IMG/VR virus record: IMGVR_UViG_3300032285_004008
DNA: 64,000 nucleotides
Strand: one strand, 5' to 3'
Origin: a virus
Shown piece by piece: positions 56,958-64,000 of the stretch. A program made the translations under genes and the position numbers. The notes under the pieces were generated by a model. It saw only the letters and a program-made list of their open reading frames with translations. It was not told the origin of the DNA and did not search any database. Positions within the stretch are counted from its first letter, which is position 1. Each line of letters begins with the position of its first letter.

Positions 56958-57647
56958 TTATTCTTCATTAAGTCCAGTAGCGGCGTCCACTATATTTTTC
57001 ACAGTTGACGGATGCCACTTACGTCCATTTTGAGTAGGGATTCCATCAGAATTAAGGGCGTCTGCTATTTCGCGGTAGGACAGTCCTTTAAGTCTAGAGC
57101 TTATGATTCTATCTTTGACTTCTTCTGGAGTCTTGTTCTTTGGCCCCATATCCACACCCCAGACTACCCCTCTATCTCTGCGGTCCTTGTGCACATCCTT
57201 CTGACGAGCAGCGATGATTCCTCGCTCCATCTCTGCCAAAGCACTCATCACAGTAACTACGAATCGTCCTTGGTACGTGCTAGTGTCAAGATTCAAGTCC
57301 AACATAATCAATCGCCAACCACCCTTGTTAGCGCGGTCAACAATATCCAAGAAGTCAGTTGTACTTCTGGCAAGTCGATCGATTCTAGTAACAATAAGGG
57401 CGTCTGCTTCTTTTTGCTCAAGCGTCTTCAAAGCAGCTGTCAAAGCAGGGCGTCCAGTAATACTCTTTCCAGAACGACCCTCCTCGCGCACCATCTCCCA
57501 TTCAGTGAACCCGTGGAACTCGGCAGCATTAACTAGCTGGCGTTCCTGAACATCCAACGAAACACCTTCATTAACCTGCATTGATGTACTTACTCGAGCA
57601 TAGAGAAGAGCTTTGCCAGGATTTATTTCTTCATTCATAGGAGCCAA
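56958..57647 (-). CDS. Serine recombinase (resolvase family)
   Basis: YARVST, SG....RP.L, DRLAR, AE.ER; C-terminal IA..LN..G...W HTH. Confidence 0.9.
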   Translation of the reverse strand: MAPMNEEINPGKALLYARVSTSMQVNEGVSLDVQERQLVNAAEFHGFTEWEMVREEGRSGKSITGRPALTAALKTLEQKEADALIVTRIDRLARSTTDFLDIVDRANKGGWRLIMLDLNLDTSTYQGRFVVTVMSALAEMERGIIAARQKDVHKDRRDRGVVWGVDMGPKNKTPEEVKDRIISSRLKGLSYREIADALNSDGIPTQNGRKWHPSTVKNIVDAATGLNEE

Positions 57648-58378
57648 GATTCTGTGATGATAGTTGTACTTAGTTTACTTTTAGTAGGGAACTTAAGATC
57701 TTCCAACCACGTGTATCCATCCGATGCTGCTACCAAGGCATTAGTTTCTGTTTTATAGTTCAGACTATTGCTATCAATCGCCAGCACACAATGGGTGAAT
57801 ACCTCTTCAATATTTCTGTACTGCCTAGCTATATCTTCTAGACCATCTCCACCAGTTATATTCGCAAGTAAAATGCCATAAGGATTTAGCAGCTTTGATA
57901 GCTCAGAATAGAACCCCACTGTTGTTAGAGATTCTGGAGTACTAATCCCCATATAGATGTCAGCAATGATTAAATCAAAACTATTCGGTGGAAGAGCTCT
58001 AACAATACTTTTAGCATCGCCATATATGATTTCAGCAGGAGTCTTTAGAGGAGCAACTTCTTCTACAAGATCTACTATTTCTTTCTCAAGCTCAACAATA
58101 ACTTGCAGAGCATCAGGATACTTAGCACCTATATACCTAACTATACTCATAGCACCAGCACCTAGGTGTAGTACGGAAAGATCCTCGCTGCTAGGGAAAT
58201 AGTGGTCAATCATATCCCCTAGACGTCTAACGTAGTCCAGATTAAGAATGCTCGGATCTTCAGGCACAACGTTAGATTGCGTTACCCCGTCCACAATCAA
58301 ATCAAATCCCCCATAAAACTCAGACTTAGCCATCTTTGCAGATAGACCACTGATACTTAGATTTATAGGGGCGTCCAT
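57635..58378 (-). CDS. Spermidine-synthase-like SAM-dependent transferase
   Basis: LIVDG..QS, VLHLGAGA, VE, GDA, DLII.D.Y. Confidence 0.75.
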   Translation of the reverse strand: MDAPINLSISGLSAKMAKSEFYGGFDLIVDGVTQSNVVPEDPSILNLDYVRRLGDMIDHYFPSSEDLSVLHLGAGAMSIVRYIGAKYPDALQVIVELEKEIVDLVEEVAPLKTPAEIIYGDAKSIVRALPPNSFDLIIADIYMGISTPESLTTVGFYSELSKLLNPYGILLANITGGDGLEDIARQYRNIEEVFTHCVLAIDSNSLNYKTETNALVAASDGYTWLEDLKFPTKSKLSTTIITESWLL

Positions 58379-58599
58379 TACTTTCTACTATCTAAGAAAG
58401 CAAGAAGGTCATTAGAGGTGAAGTGGTCACGAGTAACACCAATTCCCGCCTCCAGTTCCATATAAGAGGTATTATCCTTTACCCAATCGCGAATAGCCTT
58501 ACGCTCCTCGGCTGCACCGGCAAGTTCCCCATCCTTCTTCCCAGTATTGTATCCGTCATCATAAAGCCAGCTCTCTGAGCTTGAATTGTGTGGCATCAT
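58378..58599 (-). CDS. Hypothetical protein
   Basis: GGAGG SD. Confidence 0.55.
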   Translation of the reverse strand: MMPHNSSSESWLYDDGYNTGKKDGELAGAAEERKAIRDWVKDNTSYMELEAGIGVTRDHFTSNDLLAFLDSRK

Positions 58600-58697
58600 C
58601 CCTCCTTAGGGGCGTTTACTACTAACTATTCTATCGGTTGCGGCGTCTATTATTTTGATGTAAGATATAGACAAATAACCCCCATATAAGGAGTATC

Positions 58698-58994
58698 ATG
58701 AAAATTCGCTCAGAAGCAGGCAAGCTACGTGGAGTTCGCGTAATGGCTGATCCAGAGGGGATCCTACTGGACCCATTCTTGGATATGGATGGCATCACTA
58801 CTTTTGGTTATCTATTGATTCCTCACGAAGGATCTCCAGCTGTATATGACGGTCGCGACTGGCACCCAGTCTATGATGGCGATGACCTAGACCTACACGA
58901 CCTAGCAGCAAAGCAGTATGCAGATATTAAGACTGCTATCGAAAATGGAAACTCTAGCTACGCTCAGCTAGCTGCACTACTTCAAAGTGCCTAA
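58698..58994 (+). CDS. Hypothetical protein
   Basis: AAGGAG SD. Confidence 0.6.
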   Translation: MKIRSEAGKLRGVRVMADPEGILLDPFLDMDGITTFGYLLIPHEGSPAVYDGRDWHPVYDGDDLDLHDLAAKQYADIKTAIENGNSSYAQLAALLQSA

Positions 58995-58997
58995 TAA

Positions 58998-60203
58998 ATG
59001 GAGATTATTGACCACGGTCATGACATTATCGAATACCGTAATGCCATAACCAACCCCTATGCTCTCATAGCCGATATTGAAGAGCTTGATAGTGATAGGG
59101 GCGTCTATCAAGTTTTACCTAAATTTACCGAGTGGAAAGAGGGCTATACCCAACCAGACGGGGTATGGCGAGCTGTAAACGTCAAAGGGCGTAACAAGGT
59201 ATTTAGGTGGAACGAGAGTCTACAAGTATCAGATAAGTCAGCTAGAGAATTAGCTTCTGAAAAAGTAATCGACCCGATAGTCAACCCCATTATAAAATGC
59301 TCCAATGATTATGCTGAAAAAGTAGGGATACCTCTACCAAATACTGTCAGCAAGAACGTTGATCTTAGGGTATATGCCACTGGAGAGAATCTAGGTGTTC
59401 ATGAAGACACCAATCACGGGGAGCCAGCTACAACCCACAGCCTAGTTATATATCTAAATGATGATTATGAAGGCGGAGAAATAAATTTTCCGAATATAGG
59501 ACTCAAAATAAAGCCACAGGCAGGCTCTATAGTTGCATTCCCAGCAACCACTCCCCACGAATCTATGAAGGTTACAAAAGGGGAAAAGTGGCACAGCCCA
59601 TACTTTTGGTACAGCAGCATCGGATTGATAACCTCAGGCAAAGAGGCACCCAGTATCGACAGATTCAGACCAACAACAAACATTGCTTTAATCGGCTTTG
59701 GACTAGTTGGTAGGGAAGTCTATAGACAGCTAACTAATCACCCAGACTATGAAAGTAAATTTATAGTCTCCCGCATTCAGGTTCTTAATTCAGATATTGA
59801 TAGGGGCGTCCAGCATAACGGGGTAATTATTACTAATGATTTAGCCTCCCTCCAAGAGACAGATATCTACAATACAGTCATTGACTGCTCTGAATACACA
59901 CCTCAATCTAAAGATCTAATAACTAACTTGCTAAAAAGAAAGATAAATCTACATACCTGCAGCAAAGGGTTGGTTGAAGAAAACTGGCAAGAGCTGGTAG
60001 AGCTAGCCAAAGCATCAGGATCAACTATCACTTTTAATTCGATTCCGGCGAGCGCCACTTTAGAGAAATATAAGGGCATAGACCTAACAGACAAGAACTT
60101 TTCTGAACACAATAGTCCCGATCTGTATATCTTTAGAGGAGCCGGACCTAAGGAAACTGCATCTTACATAGTTAATGATGTACTCAACCAGGCAACAATA
60201 TGA
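58998..60203 (+). CDS. 2OG-Fe(II) oxygenase fused to a homoserine-dehydrogenase-like NAD-binding domain
   Basis: HED, YLNDDYEGGE, HES; then NIALIGFGLVG Rossmann motif and GAG..ETAS..V.DV. Confidence 0.75.
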   Translation: MEIIDHGHDIIEYRNAITNPYALIADIEELDSDRGVYQVLPKFTEWKEGYTQPDGVWRAVNVKGRNKVFRWNESLQVSDKSARELASEKVIDPIVNPIIKCSNDYAEKVGIPLPNTVSKNVDLRVYATGENLGVHEDTNHGEPATTHSLVIYLNDDYEGGEINFPNIGLKIKPQAGSIVAFPATTPHESMKVTKGEKWHSPYFWYSSIGLITSGKEAPSIDRFRPTTNIALIGFGLVGREVYRQLTNHPDYESKFIVSRIQVLNSDIDRGVQHNGVIITNDLASLQETDIYNTVIDCSEYTPQSKDLITNLLKRKINLHTCSKGLVEENWQELVELAKASGSTITFNSIPASATLEKYKGIDLTDKNFSEHNSPDLYIFRGAGPKETASYIVNDVLNQATI

Positions 60204-60853
60204 TTAACCAGCTAGCTACATATAAATCAGGAACCCTAGAGGCAGTTGAACTATACAAGGGTATCTATCAAATTGACAATGCTCTGCAGCCAGAAGATAT
60301 TCTCTATTTAAGGACATTAGCTGAAGGATTGCCACAAGATAGTTGGAAAGAGCGAAATCATGAAGTTTTGCATTCCCAGGCGGTGGAGCTCTACGGTGAA
60401 GAGGCAGAAGAGGATATCGCTGCATACATCGAACGAAACCACTCCGCCTACTGGGATGACAAGATAATAAAGATTCCAGATACTGCTTTTAATGACAAAA
60501 TCAATCAGCGTCTAGCTCCCTTCTTCGAGGGGCTATATGATCTGGCGTATCTAGAAGAGGTACAGCGTCAGTATGAGGGTGTTGGTCTAGACGAGCACGT
60601 TGACGCTGAATATGACTCAAGAATCAAGTTCGCTGTAGTTATGTATATAAATGATGACTTTACTGGTGGAGAGTTATATTTCCCACTTAAAGGCATTGAA
60701 ATCAAACCAAAGGCTGGATCCTGCCTAATCTTTGATACAGGCAAAGAATTTCTCCACGGGGTGCGTAAAGTTGGTCCTGGACCAGGAAGATACGCTATGG
60801 CAGGTTTCGCCTGGGAATATGGCACTGGAGAAGGCTGGATAGCCTCGCATTAA
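60200..60853 (+). CDS. 2OG-Fe(II) oxygenase (prolyl-4-hydroxylase-like)
   Basis: HVD, YINDDF.GGE, HGV, RY. Confidence 0.85.
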   Translation: MINQLATYKSGTLEAVELYKGIYQIDNALQPEDILYLRTLAEGLPQDSWKERNHEVLHSQAVELYGEEAEEDIAAYIERNHSAYWDDKIIKIPDTAFNDKINQRLAPFFEGLYDLAYLEEVQRQYEGVGLDEHVDAEYDSRIKFAVVMYINDDFTGGELYFPLKGIEIKPKAGSCLIFDTGKEFLHGVRKVGPGPGRYAMAGFAWEYGTGEGWIASH

Positions 60854-60935
60854 CGTACAAACTTAATCCTAAGTTTATACACTTAGTTCAAAATATAGCA
60901 TATTCTGAATGTTCGAACAGCTGTTCGATAACGGG

Positions 60936-61235
60936 CTAGATCCCGCATTCTGTAAGGCATTCGATACGAGTTACCTCAGAAGTACGTCTATTGGTGAAAG
61001 TATTATCCTCAGTAGCGATGTCAGAGGTCCAGATGAACATAGGACCGCCTACCTCAGCTACAACAGTTAGAAAGGGGAACCACTCACGGTCTTTACGCAT
61101 TTCGGCAGCATCTTTGCCAGGATTACGTTTTGCACGTTTAGTGTCATAGTCAATTAGGTAGGAGCTATTCTCGGTAGATACCTTGAACATTCCGCTGGTA
61201 ACCCCAGCTAGGTTTGATTGATTACTCGAGCTCAT
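60936..61235 (-). CDS. Hypothetical protein
   Basis: T.NS.Y...RRTS.V..I motif. Confidence 0.55.
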   Translation of the reverse strand: MSSSNQSNLAGVTSGMFKVSTENSSYLIDYDTKRAKRNPGKDAAEMRKDREWFPFLTVVAEVGGPMFIWTSDIATEDNTFTNRRTSEVTRIECLTECGI

Positions 61236-61506
61236 TATCTAATTCTACCGCTTCTACGCAGCAGCCATCACAGCCATGAACACCACGGCCCCCATACTCA
61301 AGCCCAATTTCATCTGGATCTGGGTGCCCAACTCCGTGCTTACAGATACGCTCCATAAGACCTTTATCTTCACGCCACTTCTGAGGAGCATTTTTTAGTG
61401 GATGATCAGACCAGTTGTGTATCGAACAGTACTCCTTGAGGCACGTCCCAGCATCATGGATATTGGTCAGCCTCTGATTGAAGCTAGTTGTATAGGTCTC
61501 AGACAT
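61222..61506 (-). CDS. His/Cys-rich conserved phage protein
   Basis: C.IHN.SDH...ER.C.HG.GHPDPD...HGCDGCC. Confidence 0.65.
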   Translation of the reverse strand: MSETYTTSFNQRLTNIHDAGTCLKEYCSIHNWSDHPLKNAPQKWREDKGLMERICKHGVGHPDPDEIGLEYGGRGVHGCDGCCVEAVELDNELE

Positions 61507-61681
61507 GTTTCATATCCTTTATAGCCTGAATAATGAATCCAATATGCAGAGCATGCTCAGGATTGGTTCTTAGTAGAGCTTTGGCTTGCTTTTCTAGGGC
61601 TTCAATAATGTCTAGTCGCTCAAACTCACGACCATTCTTTAGAAACTCTAGATCTCTCTCAGTCAAAGAAGTGGTTGACAT
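61499..61681 (-). CDS. Hypothetical protein
   Basis: Likely start MSTTSL with AAGGAG SD. Confidence 0.5.
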   Translation of the reverse strand: MSTTSLTERDLEFLKNGREFERLDIIEALEKQAKALLRTNPEHALHIGFIIQAIKDMKHV

Positions 61682-62156
61682 AGCCCTCTCCTTCGCACTC
61701 TGAACACTCTTCGTCATACTCTTCTTCCTCCCCACTGCGATTACATACAGTGCATGGTAGGTAGGCACCAACCTGTACTGACTCAAAATGATCATCAGGA
61801 CCTTCCCATGGCTTAGTCATTACATACCAACCATAGCCTTCCCAGCAACCACAGCCCCCACCGCTAAACTCATAAAAGCCATTAGTTACCCTAGGATCTT
61901 CGCAGGTTCCATGATCAGTCCAAACAAGACGGGTATCTATAGCTTTAACCTTTTCTAGGTTTTCTTCAGAGGTTTCCAGGTACTCGTGAGGACCATACTC
62001 TTTTAACCAACTATTGAATTCTTCTTGTAGCTCATCAGCAGTTGGGTTATCTGCATAGTAGTCAGGGGCTTCTTCTACATCTAGCTCAGCTAGTGCAGCA
62101 TTCTCCTCTAAATGATGACAGGAACCTACTTGGCAGTTAGGGCAATCTGGCTTCAT
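61659..62156 (-). CDS. Acidic Zn-finger protein
   Basis: CxxC motifs; CSECEGEG (DnaJ-type repeat). Confidence 0.6.
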   Translation of the reverse strand: MKPDCPNCQVGSCHHLEENAALAELDVEEAPDYYADNPTADELQEEFNSWLKEYGPHEYLETSEENLEKVKAIDTRLVWTDHGTCEDPRVTNGFYEFSGGGCGCWEGYGWYVMTKPWEGPDDHFESVQVGAYLPCTVCNRSGEEEEYDEECSECEGEGYVNHFFD

Positions 62157-62393
62157 CTACTTATCTTTCTTTTTCTTGATAATAGGATCGATATCTTGAA
62201 TAGCTCGATCGTACTCAATTCCACCGTACACATCTACAAACTGATACATCCACTCCATACCAGTAGTGGCATGCGAAACAAGATCTAAGACATGACACTT
62301 TTCAGAACCAAAGTCACGCTCAAGAGTATTTTTCATCACTGTAGAGATAATCTTGACAAACTCTTCAGGAGTTAGGTACTTATCCATTTTCAT
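62157..62393 (-). CDS. Hypothetical protein
   Basis: ORF track; tightly packed with neighbours. Confidence 0.55.
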   Translation of the reverse strand: MKMDKYLTPEEFVKIISTVMKNTLERDFGSEKCHVLDLVSHATTGMEWMYQFVDVYGGIEYDRAIQDIDPIIKKKKDK

Positions 62394-62395
62394 CC

Positions 62396-62872
62396 TTAAT
62401 TAACGTGTGTAACCCAATAGTAGTTGCACTTCTCACAGCAGGGCTGGTTATTGCTATCAACTACTGCTGACTTAAAATCATAGTAGTAAGCATCATCTTT
62501 TCGATACAGGTTGGCTCGGTGAGTCGTAGTGACACGGCTCATAATCTCATGATTACCAAACCACTCAGGAAGTCCACTACCCCAGTTAGCAATAGTTGCT
62601 ACACGAAGAGCCATAAGATTCTCTTTGTTCTTGTCAGTCTTGATGCCACGTCGATCTGCCTCAGCAACCATAGCCATGGTGTATTCAAATAAAGCATTTT
62701 CATACCCACGCCACATCTTGACAGCTGGGTGGTTGCGCCATCCAGCCTTAGGATCTGGGTTATTTAGAACCTTGAGGATCTGGTAGCACTCAAGAATCTG
62801 CTTGTTGAGGCGCTTCGAGTCCAGCACGCTAGCTGTCTTATCAAAGTCGTTATACGGTAGGAATGTTTGCAT
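62396..62872 (-). CDS. Pyrimidine-dimer DNA glycosylase family (MSMEG_6728-like)
   Basis: MQTFLPY..F...A..LD.KRL.KQ..E..QIL...W.NHPA..MW.G...H...L.RK. Confidence 0.85.
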   Translation of the reverse strand: MQTFLPYNDFDKTASVLDSKRLNKQILECYQILKVLNNPDPKAGWRNHPAVKMWRGYENALFEYTMAMVAEADRRGIKTDKNKENLMALRVATIANWGSGLPEWFGNHEIMSRVTTTHRANLYRKDDAYYYDFKSAVVDSNNQPCCEKCNYYWVTHVN

Positions 62873-62992
62873 TAGCTTCTTTCTTTGCTAGATACTGACC
62901 ATATTGCATTCCTGCAATAAATCCTTTATAGGCTGCTTCGTTCTCACGACGTAGTAGGTACCAACTAATTTTAGTTTTAATTTTCTTAAGCA

Positions 62993-64000
62993 TTATTTAA
63001 CTCTCACGGTTAGGCTAGGTTGTCCAGTGCCCAATGAGCCAACAGCACTAACTCGATAATAACCAGCTACTGCAACATCTGCAAATACATCTAAAGTTTT
63101 AGTGGTACTTACCACAACCCATGTACTTCCGGTGGCGCTACTTTCAATCATGTAGCCAATGATTCCAGAGGTAGGAGCATTTGCTGGTGCAGACCAAGAT
63201 AGCTTGTAACCCGTTCCGCTCTTAGTTGCAGATACTACCGAGACCTTACCTGGAAGAGTAGTCCCGACTGTCTTAGGGGTTACTATAGCAGGGGCATTAG
63301 CAATCGGACCCAAGAATGAAGTATTAAGTAAATAGTTTCCATTCTTAGACTGAGCATCAACTACTACATCCCTGAGAGCCCCGGCACGTAGTGCGCTAGC
63401 AACCTCGGCTGGCTTGGCAGTCGGGTTCTTCTCTAAATATAGAGCAGCTACACCAACAACATGAGGAGTAGCCATAGATGTACCAGTCATTGTTTTATAT
63501 CCTGATGAATTTTGCCAGTCTTCCGAATCAATTAATCCACCTGGAGCAAAAATATCTACGCAGTCTCCGTATGCAGAAGTATTTGTACGCTGGTCATTTT
63601 TATTGATACCGGCAACAGTAAAAGCATTAGGAGCACCTGAAGGACTCCATTTACATGCATCTGTATTTGTATTTGATGCAGCTACTACTGGAAGAATTCC
63701 AGCATTATAAAGACGATCAATAGCGGCATCTACGGCCGGGCTTTTACCAACAGTAATGCTGATATTCACTACTGCAGGACCATTATTTATTGCAAGTACT
63801 TTATCTATACCAGCAATTAAATCTTTTGGATAAACTACACCATTACAATCCGCAACCCTAATCGAGACAATTTTAACCCCTCGAGCCACACCAAACTGAG
63901 AAGATCCAATAGTTCCGGCAACATGGGTACCGTGTCCATTGCAGTCAATATCACCAGAAGCACGTCCACCAAAACCCGGATCACTAATAGCAACTCCAGT
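62993..64000 (-). CDS. S8 subtilisin-like serine protease with C-terminal FN3-like domain (5' partial)
   Basis: Frame is open to the window edge: TGV...DCNGHGTHVAG; AASN; GTSMATPHV; LSWSAP...GY.IE. Confidence 0.9.
   Translation of the reverse strand, partial: TGVAISDPGFGGRASGDIDCNGHGTHVAGTIGSSQFGVARGVKIVSIRVADCNGVVYPKDLIAGIDKVLAINNGPAVVNISITVGKSPAVDAAIDRLYNAGILPVVAASNTNTDACKWSPSGAPNAFTVAGINKNDQRTNTSAYGDCVDIFAPGGLIDSEDWQNSSGYKTMTGTSMATPHVVGVAALYLEKNPTAKPAEVASALRAGALRDVVVDAQSKNGNYLLNTSFLGPIANAPAIVTPKTVGTTLPGKVSVVSATKSGTGYKLSWSAPANAPTSGIIGYMIESSATGSTWVVVSTTKTLDVFADVAVAGYYRVSAVGSLGTGQPSLTVRVK

Noticed and set aside
56958-57647. Integrase/prophage boundary, or the recombinase acting on the 16-bp boxes
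   Set aside because: At 229 aa it is resolvase-sized, lacks the large serine integrase domains, and is flanked by phage genes with no att site seen. The boxes lack the dyad symmetry of res sites.
780-60825. Numerous short antisense or overlapping ORFs in the track (e.g. 12753..13022, 36791..37168, 57012..57536)
   Set aside because: They are shadows of well-supported genes, with no SD or recognisable motifs. Several 'MYLFFL..' ORFs are simply the 16-bp box read in frame.

Overview
The window is part of a large tailed dsDNA phage genome, very likely a siphovirus of a freshwater actinobacterium. Host markers include a ClgR-like regulator, an MSMEG_6728-like glycosylase and a DUF1360-like protein. 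Layout: (1) 1-22.8 kb, minus-strand virion module: major tail protein, capsid pentamer-like and major capsid proteins, a split multi-module prohead protease, a giant head-associated protein, Dps, portal, large terminase and NlpC/P60. (2) About 23.2-39.4 kb, an array of roughly 20 self-contained expression cassettes. Each has a near-invariant 16-bp AGAAAAAATAAATACA box, a sigmaA-type promoter, an SD, 1-2 small genes and a terminator. By eye this DNA is almost free of the palindromes GATC, AGCT and GTAC. (3) 39.4-47 kb, oxygenases, a CHAP-like lysin, a putative small terminase, HTH proteins and an AT-rich origin-like palindrome. (4) 47-64 kb, accessory genes: a PA14 coiled-coil surface protein, M23 lysin, thioredoxin, two tRNAs, Hsp20, a serine recombinase, more 2OG-Fe(II) oxygenases and a subtilisin. 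The most notable candidate new biology: (a) a predicted -1 ribosomal frameshift (C CCA AAA plus a strong hairpin, 12.8 kb) fusing a 997-aa head protein to a metallopeptidase/kinase/ADP-ribosyltransferase effector of about 1977 aa; (b) the restriction-site-purged early cassette array, with a helically phased upstream box and three more dispersed motifs; (c) an assemblin-like cleavage motif punctuating the head polyproteins. All calls are by eye from motifs; no database searches or counts were run computationally.
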